64,000 bases of DNA from positions 3,856 to 67,855 of the forward strand of contig CAXXIA010000003.1 of the NCBI GenBank assembly GCA_963666985.2, read 5' to 3'. Under the pieces are notes generated by a model. That model was not told where the DNA came from. It saw only the letters and a list, made by a program, of their open reading frames with translations, and ran no database searches. The stretch's first letter is position 1, and each line of letters begins with the position of its first letter. This document shows positions 8,806-17,626 of this stretch, piece by piece. The stretch comes from Spirochaetia bacterium (lineage in GTDB: Bacteria; Spirochaetota; Spirochaetia; DSM-2461). The translations under genes and the position numbers were made by a program.

Positions 8806-9966
8806 CTAACCGACCAAGCCGGTCACTTCATCAACGATAGCTCGGATAAACGCATCAAAATCGGGCACATCAGCCTTCGGCACACGAAATCCAATCGCGC
8901 CTTCATGCCCCCCGCCGTTTTCAATTCCAAGAAGATTAATGACACTCCGGAGATCCAAATCCTTGAAAAATTGACTCCGCCGCATTCGCATCTGGATAAA
9001 ATTCGAGCGTTTAGGATGATCGTAATAAACGACCAAACTGAGATAACCGCTTTCTTCAGCCAATAAATTGGCGACATATTTTGCAACCGTTACAACGACT
9101 TCCGAATCATAAGTCTTGTTTATGAAACGGGATACATTCTCATCCAATGCTATCCAGGAAATACGTCCCTGTGTTTTTTTGTGCTCAAGAAAATCCCTGC
9201 AGCAATGTTCTTCATCGGCCGAAAGCTTTTCAAGCTCATTGAGAATATCTTCAATACTTGAAAAATTGCCCGAATCCTTTTCAGTCTTTTCAATAAGCAT
9301 TTCATTGAAAAGGCGACTGAAATACCGGTAATACCGCTTCTCTCTACGGGACTTTAAGAATTGTCCCATTTTCGAGTCTCCGACGATTCCGGTAACGATG
9401 GAAAGTACAAAATTCCGAGTGAAGATTTCACCCGTCAGAGACTCACGAAGGATTCTCTTTTTCTTTGAGAGCCGCAGGGCCAAATAGCCGATGAGTTCAC
9501 ACGTGGATGAGGCCTCGTCCACCAAACGGTATCCTTCCTCTCCGATATAAAAACCGTCGGCTTCCAAATGATGATCCACTTCCATTACAAGGACATGATC
9601 CTTATCCATAATCGGCCGTAAATCTTCAAGGAATTCGAGCATTTCGGGTTTCGGAGTATCGAAAGCGATAACCGTATCGTATTCATCGCCGATATCCTGA
9701 GGTTTTTCCAGAACCCTGATTGAATTATATTTACAGATGCTTAAAAGATAAGGAAATTTCTCATGATTTTCCTTTGCGAAAACAATACTGGGCGTTTTGC
9801 CGAATTTCACAATCAGCAGACTGAATGCCACCATGGAGGCCACGCAGTCCTCATCGGGGTTATGATGACCGATCAATAAAAAAGATTCCCTCTTCATCAT
9901 CGTTTCGATGAAAGTGTTAACGATTTTCTTTCTCGTATGCCGGTTTGGAATACGGATTTTCTTCAT
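8806..9966 (-). CDS. DHH/DHHA1-family phosphoesterase (NrnA/DhhP-like nanoRNase or cyclic-dinucleotide/pGpG-pApA phosphodiesterase)
   Basis: DHH-family motifs LLIGHHNPDEDCVAS, VMEVDHH and DHHA1 motif GGGHEGAIGF. The start overlaps the upstream GGDEF gene stop (ATGA, 9963-9966). Confidence 0.85.
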   Translation of the reverse strand: MKKIRIPNRHTRKKIVNTFIETMMKRESFLLIGHHNPDEDCVASMVAFSLLIVKFGKTPSIVFAKENHEKFPYLLSICKYNSIRVLEKPQDIGDEYDTVIAFDTPKPEMLEFLEDLRPIMDKDHVLVMEVDHHLEADGFYIGEEGYRLVDEASSTCELIGYLALRLSKKKRILRESLTGEIFTRNFVLSIVTGIVGDSKMGQFLKSRREKRYYRYFSRLFNEMLIEKTEKDSGNFSSIEDILNELEKLSADEEHCCRDFLEHKKTQGRISWIALDENVSRFINKTYDSEVVVTVAKYVANLLAEESGYLSLVVYYDHPKRSNFIQMRMRRSQFFKDLDLRSVINLLGIENGGGHEGAIGFRVPKADVPDFDAFIRAIVDEVTGLVG

Positions 9967-10946
9967 TTTTCTGTCCCGGTTCCGTACAAAAAGGCTCGGT
10001 CACGGCCGGCTTCTTTCGCGGAATAAAGAGCCTTATCGGCACTTCCCAGCAATTCCTCTACGGTTTCACCGTGGATTGGGCATACGGCGATACCGAAGCT
10101 GACGCTTACGTGGCTGAACGTGCCTTTTCTGTCATTAAGAATATTCAATTCACGTATATTCTGACCCACTTCACGACAACATTCCAGAGATTCCCGACCA
10201 TCCTTTCCGGGGAGGATAAAAGCGAACTCATCTCCGCCGTATCGGGCCGGGATATCCTCCTTATGAGAAAAAAAGTCTTTGAATACAGACGCCACGGCCA
10301 GTATAACCTCATCGCCGACATCTTCCCCGTATTCCTCGTTCAATTTCCCGAAACGATCAATATCCAGCAAAACCAAAGAAATCCCGGGGCCCCCCATTAT
10401 CGAGTCCAGTACGGCATTTTCAACGGATTCATCAAAAAAACGTCGATTATAGAGTCCGGTAGGTTCATCGGTAACGGCTCTGATCCGAGCCTTTTCACCC
10501 CACATGACCATGTCCGAAAGAAACGCACCGGTATTCCGGAGGCGGCTTACGGCCGTATGCAGCATACGCCGCATGATTTTATTGGCGGCGACCGGTTCCC
10601 GAAGCATTAATTCCGCAAATCCATCTCCATCCATCGAAAGCAATTCGCAATCCTTCAGAGTCCGGCAGGTGGCCGACCGAACATCCTTTTCCAGAATGGA
10701 CATTTCGCCGAAAAAACTGCCTTCTCCAATCCTTGAGACCTCCAGTTCATCACCGGTTTCGGTTTTCACGGAAACCGAAACCGTTCCGTCGAGAACAATG
10801 TACATTTGGCGGCCCTCATCACCTTCTCGAAACAGAACCCATCCGTCCGGAATGAAATGTTTTTTCATATGAAGACGAACACGTTCCACCTCATCGGGAG
10901 AAAGAAGAGAGAAGATATCCAGATTCCTCAAAGCATCGGGAGTCAT
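9963..10946 (-). CDS. cyclic-nucleotide-binding domain plus GGDEF diguanylate cyclase (intact active site)
   Basis: cNMP-binding motifs FFGEMS...RSATCRT. GGDEF domain with TGLYNRR and RYGGDEFAFILPG. Confidence 0.88.
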   Translation of the reverse strand: MTPDALRNLDIFSLLSPDEVERVRLHMKKHFIPDGWVLFREGDEGRQMYIVLDGTVSVSVKTETGDELEVSRIGEGSFFGEMSILEKDVRSATCRTLKDCELLSMDGDGFAELMLREPVAANKIMRRMLHTAVSRLRNTGAFLSDMVMWGEKARIRAVTDEPTGLYNRRFFDESVENAVLDSIMGGPGISLVLLDIDRFGKLNEEYGEDVGDEVILAVASVFKDFFSHKEDIPARYGGDEFAFILPGKDGRESLECCREVGQNIRELNILNDRKGTFSHVSVSFGIAVCPIHGETVEELLGSADKALYSAKEAGRDRAFLYGTGTEK

Positions 10947-12010
10947 GTGTTTTCCAAATCCTCGGGGAAAAGAATGCGATTCCCTCCCCGCCGCCGTCCC
11001 TCCATCACGAGTTCATGCGCTTTGTTCGCAAGCAACACGGCATCATGACCGTGCTCCGGAGAGAGAACCAAACCGAAACTCACCGACAGTGCGATTTCCT
11101 TCCCGCGCAAAATGGAAGACAAATCCAAACCGCGAAGAAAGTCTCCGGTTTCTTCGGCGGTACGGCGAAGCTCGGATTGATCCGCCCCGAGACGAATAAT
11201 CGCATTCTCATTTCCCATGTACCGAAACAATAAATCCGAATTCGATACGAAACTCTTGAGCCCATCGGCAATAAATCTCAGCGCTTTATCGCCCGCTTCA
11301 TGACCATATGTGTCATTGATTTCTTTAAAATTATCCGGTTTATACATCAGAAGTCCAACGGAATCATCCGTTTTTTGAAGAACTTCTGTTAAGGTTTCTT
11401 CGAAAAATGTCTTATTGTGAAGTCCGGTAAGTTTATCAACATAAACCTGCCGCTTCAGTTCGTTTACCAGCGGTGAATTTTCCTTAACAAGCGCATTCAC
11501 ACCGCGAATACGCGCCGAAATCTGCCCCAGAAAAGTATAAAGCAGCCGCGCGTACAATCCCGGATAGCTCCGGGAGAGATGATCAAGACCGTCTTCTCCC
11601 AGCGGGAAGACCACAAGAGAAGAAGATCCTTCCGTATACGCGTCGGCGTTCCGGTTTTGTCCCGTGAAAAAATCCAAATCTCCGAAGATGTCGCCCGAAA
11701 GAAAGCGGGCGATTTCCACCGAACGGCCTTCATCATCGTTCTTCCGAATAACAACAGAACCTTTCCGGACGAAATACAGTCTTTCGGAAGACTCACCCGC
11801 GGCGAAAATCCGTTCGTCGGCTTTTAAATCAATCATACCGCTTAAGAGTCCGATGACGTTCAAATCATCTTCGGTACAGCGGGAAAAAATCTTGGCGCTC
11901 CGAAGAACCGAAGAAATCTCATCCCGAACATCGGGCGGCAGCGGTTCCGTCGGTCTTTCGGATTGGATTCTCATAAATTCAATCATCTCGAAAAAGTTCA
12001 AGGAGAACAA
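10943..12010 (-). CDS. cyclic-nucleotide-binding domain plus degenerate GGDEF domain (GGDEF replaced by MGNEN); start codon uncertain
   Basis: IFGDLDFF...RNADAYT (cNMP-binding), TGLHNKTFF, and RYMGNENAIIRLG at the signature position. The ORF-track start is a TTG; in-frame ATGs at 11986 and 11974 are alternatives. Confidence 0.8.
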   Translation of the reverse strand: MFSLNFFEMIEFMRIQSERPTEPLPPDVRDEISSVLRSAKIFSRCTEDDLNVIGLLSGMIDLKADERIFAAGESSERLYFVRKGSVVIRKNDDEGRSVEIARFLSGDIFGDLDFFTGQNRNADAYTEGSSSLVVFPLGEDGLDHLSRSYPGLYARLLYTFLGQISARIRGVNALVKENSPLVNELKRQVYVDKLTGLHNKTFFEETLTEVLQKTDDSVGLLMYKPDNFKEINDTYGHEAGDKALRFIADGLKSFVSNSDLLFRYMGNENAIIRLGADQSELRRTAEETGDFLRGLDLSSILRGKEIALSVSFGLVLSPEHGHDAVLLANKAHELVMEGRRRGGNRILFPEDLENT

Positions 12011-12077
12011 GCTGGTGATTTCGGCCGTTTTTCTCTTTATGAATCTAAAGTTTACGATTGATGAGGTAAACGCTCTC

Positions 12078-12584
12078 TTATTCTGCTTCTCCCGTAGGAA
12101 TGGTCTTTACCATTTCAAGAATCTCAGCGGCATTCTCCGGAGCGTAATTATAGGCCCAGCGTTCTTCGGATATGTGAAATCCGAACCGTTCATACGGTCC
12201 TCTTCCGCCTTTTTTCGCGAAAATATTCATCCAGGGTTTGTCAATGACGATACACACGGCAACGACATTGCCCAAGGAGTCCTGAGCGAACCAGATCATG
12301 TCGTACGGACCATGGGGAGATTTGAAAATAACCCGAGTCAGTTCGTCTCCAAACGCATTAACGTCCAAAGAGAGAACGGCATCCCTTAAGTGCTTGCAGC
12401 TCCTTCCGAGATCGCCGACGGGCCTATGAGCACGGCGTTCGATAAAATCAGGACATGTGCAGGTATAGCGGTGAAGGTTGATGGCATAGCGTCCGCCTCC
12501 GGATCGGCTTTCGACGGTGATATCGCGATCGTATTCCGGTCCGAAGGGAGCCATTTCAAGCAGCGCGGGTTTCCAAAGGCTCAT
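12078..12584 (-). CDS. hypothetical protein with SWIM-type zinc-finger motif
   Basis: CxCx(n)CxH pattern: YTCTCPDFIERRAHRPVGDLGRSCKHL. The rest of the protein is unrecognised. Confidence 0.6.
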   Translation of the reverse strand: MSLWKPALLEMAPFGPEYDRDITVESRSGGGRYAINLHRYTCTCPDFIERRAHRPVGDLGRSCKHLRDAVLSLDVNAFGDELTRVIFKSPHGPYDMIWFAQDSLGNVVAVCIVIDKPWMNIFAKKGGRGPYERFGFHISEERWAYNYAPENAAEILEMVKTIPTGEAE

Positions 12585-12675
12585 GAAGTGATTTTAACGC
12601 GAATTTCCCCGGCGTGGAATCGGGATTCTTAAATCCCAATAAAAAGGCATCGGAAAAGCCGCCGCCGGTATCCCA

Positions 12676-13539
12676 TTATTCTTCCTCGGCGGCATCATCC
12701 GGCGGAAGGTTCGACGCCCGTTCGGTAATTCGCGAAGAGAATTTGAATTTGGGAGTCATGTACGCATCTTTCGCGGGAACCAGGATTTCTTCGCCCGTAG
12801 AGGGATTTCTGCCCATTCGCGCCTTTCTGGCCGGTTTTTTCACCAGAGTCAGACGCCCGAGTTTCCCGAAGGAAACCGTATGTCCCAAAAGCATACCGGT
12901 TTCCAGAAGTACGGCGTAATCGTCGAGCAAAGCGGATACGGTCTTTTGGGTAAGTCCGGAGGCTTCGGCGAGATACTTCGTCATCGACTTTTTATCAAAT
13001 TGGGCCGGAGCATCTCCGCCGGGATACGTGAACTTTCGGTTGAGATGAACAAAGGAATTGGTCAGGAACACCATTGCTTCCCGGATACGCTGCTCCTGTT
13101 CTTCCGAACTGAGACCGGATGGAAGAATCGCAATGCGATAAATAGCGGATGTATTTTTTAAAGGAGTACCGGAAAAGGAGGCTTTTCTTCCGACGGCCGG
13201 CGACTCGATCAGCTCAACACCTTCATTTCTTAAAACGTTGGGAACATCGGATCTCATTTTTATGCTCGCGTATTCCATTCTCCTCGGAGATCCGGGGCCG
13301 AGGGCCACCAGGGAACCGGAATAGGTTGCGAGAATCATTCCTCTGGGTTCGTCGGCTTCTACCTTTTCAACGAATTTCATACCGATAAGATCGATCTGCT
13401 CTTCAAAAAGCCTGTTTTTCTCCATCCAGAGATCTTCGAGCCGATTCAGGGCGCCCGACTCCTTCGCCCAAGCCTCCTCGGACGATGCCACGAGTTCTTC
13501 GAGATGGCCGGCCACTTCCGGCGGTAAAGAACGCTCCAT
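12676..13539 (-). CDS. HU/IHF-family DNA-binding domain with an unrecognised N-terminal domain of about 190 aa
   Basis: The C-terminal ~95 aa match the HU fold signature (MTKYLAEASGLTQKTVSALLD...VSFGKLGRLTLVKKPARKARMGRNPSTGEEILVPAKDAYMTPKFKFS). ATG at 13539 follows AAAGGAGGA by 7 nt; the ORF-track start at 13545 is a TTG. Confidence 0.8.
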   Translation of the reverse strand: MERSLPPEVAGHLEELVASSEEAWAKESGALNRLEDLWMEKNRLFEEQIDLIGMKFVEKVEADEPRGMILATYSGSLVALGPGSPRRMEYASIKMRSDVPNVLRNEGVELIESPAVGRKASFSGTPLKNTSAIYRIAILPSGLSSEEQEQRIREAMVFLTNSFVHLNRKFTYPGGDAPAQFDKKSMTKYLAEASGLTQKTVSALLDDYAVLLETGMLLGHTVSFGKLGRLTLVKKPARKARMGRNPSTGEEILVPAKDAYMTPKFKFSSRITERASNLPPDDAAEEE

Positions 13540-13658
13540 CCTCAATCCTCCTTTATTTCAAACGATCATCAGTATACACCGGGTATGTGTTATTTCCCAA
13601 ACGAAGCGGACCGGCCGTTCGCCCGAGCCGAAAGACATTCCATCTTCAAAGTCCGCGT

Positions 13659-14210
13659 TCAGTTCAGCTTATACAAAGCCCGAACAAGCGCCGTTTTATG
13701 TCTCCCTACGTAATCGATCAGCCGTTCTTGAGAATCCTTGCTTTGAGAATCCGCTCCGGCGAGCTCCAGAACATCATCCACTTTCCGATACCAGAGATAA
13801 TGCGGTTCCAAAGGTTTCGCCGGCGGGGACTGTCTGAGGCGGACATTCAGTTCTTCATCGAGCTGATTATGATTGGCGCTGCCGATAATATAGCGAATAT
13901 CACCGTTCTCACCGACGTAAAGAACCATGCGCCTGAATCCGACTCCCATGGCGTCGTCACTCCGGAATCCCTTTACCTGAATATCCAGCGATCCCAGACG
14001 CAGTTCCCACCCTTCTTCCCTGCGGGCTTTTCGAAAAGCGACGATATCCTCCTTAATCTCCCTGGTTCTATCAACATCCATCCTGGCCTCCTGCAGTTCG
14101 GTACGCCATTGACGAAGCTGACGTTCGTATCTCGGCATCAATCCGGCCCGAGATACAAATCGATCGGTGTTGGACAGGAGCACCCACACATCGGCGAACC
14201 TTTCACCCAT
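13659..14210 (-). CDS. hypothetical protein (183 aa), no recognisable motif
   Basis: Clean ORF, first in a co-directional string. Its composition looks like that of neighbouring genes. No motif recognised. Confidence 0.55.
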   Translation of the reverse strand: MGERFADVWVLLSNTDRFVSRAGLMPRYERQLRQWRTELQEARMDVDRTREIKEDIVAFRKARREEGWELRLGSLDIQVKGFRSDDAMGVGFRRMVLYVGENGDIRYIIGSANHNQLDEELNVRLRQSPPAKPLEPHYLWYRKVDDVLELAGADSQSKDSQERLIDYVGRHKTALVRALYKLN

Positions 14211-14325
14211 GCGGGAACGAAAGCTTTCGAACAGATCGATATCCCTCCGGTATATTCGGGGCTTATCCCCGTCGGGGCCTCTTCGAACCCCGTTCTCTTT
14301 TTAGTATACTGATTTAGAGGATATT

Positions 14326-15060
14326 TTGACCCGACCCGTCTTGGTTGTTGCCGATATTCATGGAAATCTTGAGGCTCTGCGTGCCGTTCTCAAGCATGCG
14401 GCCGGAGAATTTGACGAAATATGGTGTCTCGGTGATGTCGCGGGATATGGTCCCGATCCCGGTCCCTGTCTTAATCTTCTTCTAAAAATGAAGGCCGTCA
14501 TGGTGGCGGGCAATCACGATTTGGCCGCCTGCGGCAAATTGGAACTCAAAGATTTCAATCGGGAAGCTCGAGCCGCTCTGGAGATTCATCGAACCATACT
14601 TTCAGAAAAACATAAGCGGATACTGGCCTCACTGCCCTCTCTTCTTGAACGCCGATCGGTAACATTGTCTCACGGCAGTCCCGAGAATCCGATCTGGGGC
14701 TACGTTCTAGATTCTTTTGAAGCATCACGAGTGCTTTCCACCGCGCAAACCTCCCTCACGCTAATCGGGCATTCGCATCTGCAGGGTCTATGGGCTCTTT
14801 CTCACTTCGGCCGCGCGGAGACTCCTTCCGTCGCTCCCGGCGAGGAATACCGTTATGCCTGTTCGCCGCATCTGGCCAACCCGGGTAGTGTCGGTCAATC
14901 CCGCGACGGGAATCCTTCGGCTCGATACATGCTGCTGCACCCCGAACGAAAAACCTTAATATTCCGATCCTGCCGGTGGAGAACGGGTCCGACCGGACGC
15001 AAGATGTCGTCTCGGGGATATCCGCAAAGTCTTATCGACAGAATGGCGCCGAAAAATTGA
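14326..15060 (+). CDS. metallophosphoesterase (calcineurin-like, YfcE/ApaH-like)
   Basis: Motifs DIHGN, GDVAGYGPDP, GNHD, GHSH, NPGSVGQSRDG. TTG start 5 nt after GAGG. Confidence 0.8.
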   Translation: MTRPVLVVADIHGNLEALRAVLKHAAGEFDEIWCLGDVAGYGPDPGPCLNLLLKMKAVMVAGNHDLAACGKLELKDFNREARAALEIHRTILSEKHKRILASLPSLLERRSVTLSHGSPENPIWGYVLDSFEASRVLSTAQTSLTLIGHSHLQGLWALSHFGRAETPSVAPGEEYRYACSPHLANPGSVGQSRDGNPSARYMLLHPERKTLIFRSCRWRTGPTGRKMSSRGYPQSLIDRMAPKN

Positions 15061-15250
15061 TCGGCTTTGACGCCGCCGCTTATGCGGGCCGGATGGTGAA
15101 GACCGTTCGATATGGCGCGCACCGTTCAAAATCCCGCGTATTTTAGCAGCCTGTTGAAAAACATCCGGCCGCCGGCAAACGTCTTGAAATCAACTCAATA
15201 ATGGAAAGCTCTCTCGGCGAACTTGAGAATTTGTTTGAGTGTGTATATAT

Positions 15251-15280
15251 TTGATATATATCTTTTTGATACATATCAAA
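15251..15280. promoter_or_regulatory. two adjacent palindromic TTGATAyATATC sites, candidate PadR autoregulatory operator
   Basis: ttGATATATATC (perfect 10-bp palindrome 15253-15262) and TTTGATACATATCAAA (7-2-7 palindrome 15265-15280), 17-45 nt upstream of the padR start at 15297. Confidence 0.4.
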
Positions 15281-15296
15281 GAAATGGAGATTTGGA

Positions 15297-15878
15297 ATGC
15301 CGAGAGAGAACAAAACACGATACGCCCTTCTCGGGATGCTCACCTACAAACCGATGAGCGGCTACGATATGAAAAAAATGAGCGACCACAGCATCGGACA
15401 TTTCTGGAACGAAAACTACGGAAATATCTATCCGGTACTGAAAACAATGGAGGCCGAAGGTTTGGTCGTTATGAGCCGAGAAGGAGGTGAGGATTCTCCG
15501 GCCAAGAAGGTATACACCATTACACAGCAAGGCCGAAAGGAATTCGAATCCTGGCTGAAGCGTCCGGCACTCTCTTCAAAGCTGAGGGATGAGCTTCTTC
15601 TCCAGATATTTTTCGGTCAATGGACCGACAGATCCGTCATCGTGGAAAAACTGAACGCGGAAGATGCCCGCTGCGCCGCCGTTATCGAGGTGCTCGAAGG
15701 GATTCGCGCTCATATGGATTCGGGAGAATCCATGGATCCCGATTACCCGGTGAATGTCCGGGAAATCATGATTCGGGGAAGGCCGTACTGGCGCAGCACG
15801 GTGGAATTCGGTCTGAATTATTATACCGGGATTCGTAAGTGGTGCGCCGAAACCATCGCCAATTTTAAAGAACTGTAA
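15297..15878 (+). CDS. PadR-family transcriptional regulator (long form with C-terminal domain)
   Basis: N-terminal winged helix TRYALLGMLTYKPMSGYDMKK...GNIYPVLKTMEAEGLV. GGAG 7 nt upstream of the ATG. Confidence 0.88.
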   Translation: MPRENKTRYALLGMLTYKPMSGYDMKKMSDHSIGHFWNENYGNIYPVLKTMEAEGLVVMSREGGEDSPAKKVYTITQQGRKEFESWLKRPALSSKLRDELLLQIFFGQWTDRSVIVEKLNAEDARCAAVIEVLEGIRAHMDSGESMDPDYPVNVREIMIRGRPYWRSTVEFGLNYYTGIRKWCAETIANFKEL

Positions 15879-16011
15879 AATTTTAGGGTTATGTTCTCGC
15901 TCCGGAAGAATGGCGCGAGAAATCCGCGTTTTGTGAAAACATGCCGAAGAAACGGACCGATCGCCGAAAGTCGTTCACAAAGCCCGCTATTCGATTCAAG
16001 GAGAAGGAAAG

Positions 16012-17502
16012 ATGAAGATTATCGTTTTGGGAGGAAGCCCCAAGGGAGAAACAAGCGTAACCATGCAGTACGTGGAATACCTCAAACGGCGGTATCCTGA
16101 GGTAACATTCGATGTGCAGCAGCCGGCCGCTCAGATTCGCAGGCTGGAATCAAACAAGGAAGCCTTTGAAGAAATAATCGCCGGTGTTGCCGCGGCGGAC
16201 GGTGTACTCTGGGCCTTTCCTCTGTACGTCCACGGCGTCTGCAGTCAGTATCAGAGGTTCATTGAACTCATTGAAGAGCGGAACGCCGCGGGAGCCTTCG
16301 CGGGGAAAGTCGCGGCGTCGCTGTCCACGTCCATCCATTTTTTCGACAACACGGCTCATGATTATGTCAGAAGCGTCTGTGAAGATTTGGGAATGGCTTA
16401 CGCGCTTTCCCATTCGCCGAAAATGGACGACCTTGTAAAACCCGAAGGCCGAAAGGCCGCGGAAGGATTCTTCGAATTATTCCGGCAGAGTATACAAAAC
16501 GGTCTGCCGGCGACTCAATTGTTTCCCTCGCGTTCCGAAACTTCCGAGTTCCGCTACACTCCCGGCAAGACGGCGACGATTCGGAGTGAATCCGGCAGAT
16601 GCAGATGTAATCATACAGAAAACGATTCGGCCGCCGAACCGGTTGCGGCCGAAGTGAAGATTGCCATCGTCGCGGACTCCTTGGAAGGGAATCTCGCGGG
16701 TATGATTGAACGCTTCCGGTCGAACTTCGCCGGCGGCGTAACGGTCATAAACCTGCGGGACATCAACATCGCCGGAGGATGTCTGGGCTGCCTGAAATGC
16801 GGACCGGCCAACCGGTGCGGTTGGGACGGAAAGGATGATCTTCGTTCCGTTTATGAGGAATATATTGAAACCGCCGATATCTATGTTCTGGCCGGTACGG
16901 TAAAAGGAAGATGGCATTCTTCCGAACTGAAGGCCTTCATCGACCGCGGTTTTTATCATACACACCAGCCGTTCCTGACGGGCAAACAATTCGCCGTACT
17001 CCTCGACGGCCCCATCACGACGAATCCGGCCCTCCGCGATTTCTGTACGTCTTACCCGGAATGGCAGGGAGCGGGTCTGCAGGGAATCGCCGCGACGGAT
17101 TCCCGCGATTCGAAGACTGTCGATGCCGATATCGACGCCCTGGCCGGCCGCTGCGCCATGGCCGTAAAGACGGGATATCAGCGGCCGAAGACCTTCCTGG
17201 GCGTAGGCGGAATGGATATTTTTCGAGACGATATTTACGGGCATTTGGGCATGGTTTTCAGAGCCGACCATAAGTCTTATCGGAAAAACGGCGTATACAA
17301 AACAATGCCCCATAAGCGTCCGCTGAAGTTCGTCGGTCTTCGGATTGTCAATCTCATCGTCTCTTTCCCGCCGATACGGAAAAAAATAAGCGCGAACATG
17401 CGCACCTTCATGCTTACCCCTTACAAAATGATGTTCAAATCACTGGGTATGGATTCCGAAGCTGAAGATGGTTCGGCGGCGGCCCGCAAAGCGGGGAAAT
17501 AA
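16012..17502 (+). CDS. two-domain flavodoxin-like NAD(P)H-dependent FMN reductase; second domain carries an Isf-type compact 4Fe-4S motif
   Basis: Domain 1: MKIIVLGGSPKGETSVT...ADGVLWAFPLY. Domain 2: KIAIVADS...GGCLGCLKCGPANRC (CX2CX2CX5C at 16780-16818), then ADIYVLAGTV. Confidence 0.7.
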   Translation: MKIIVLGGSPKGETSVTMQYVEYLKRRYPEVTFDVQQPAAQIRRLESNKEAFEEIIAGVAAADGVLWAFPLYVHGVCSQYQRFIELIEERNAAGAFAGKVAASLSTSIHFFDNTAHDYVRSVCEDLGMAYALSHSPKMDDLVKPEGRKAAEGFFELFRQSIQNGLPATQLFPSRSETSEFRYTPGKTATIRSESGRCRCNHTENDSAAEPVAAEVKIAIVADSLEGNLAGMIERFRSNFAGGVTVINLRDINIAGGCLGCLKCGPANRCGWDGKDDLRSVYEEYIETADIYVLAGTVKGRWHSSELKAFIDRGFYHTHQPFLTGKQFAVLLDGPITTNPALRDFCTSYPEWQGAGLQGIAATDSRDSKTVDADIDALAGRCAMAVKTGYQRPKTFLGVGGMDIFRDDIYGHLGMVFRADHKSYRKNGVYKTMPHKRPLKFVGLRIVNLIVSFPPIRKKISANMRTFMLTPYKMMFKSLGMDSEAEDGSAAARKAGK

Positions 17503-17626
17503 ACGGACCAACCCGGCCTTTTCGCCGGGTTGGGAAGATATCAAAAGGAGAGGTGCAACCTGCTCGATGATACAAAACCCTCGGTTTTCATCCTCAGAAT
17601 CCGCTTCTTCATGCTATGCTTTGTCT

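Noticed and set aside
8377-9000. Genomic island or prophage integrated at tRNA-Leu
   Set aside because: The repeats bracket only ~158 bp. No integrase, excisionase or foreign-looking cargo follows, and the flanking genes look like ordinary chromosome.
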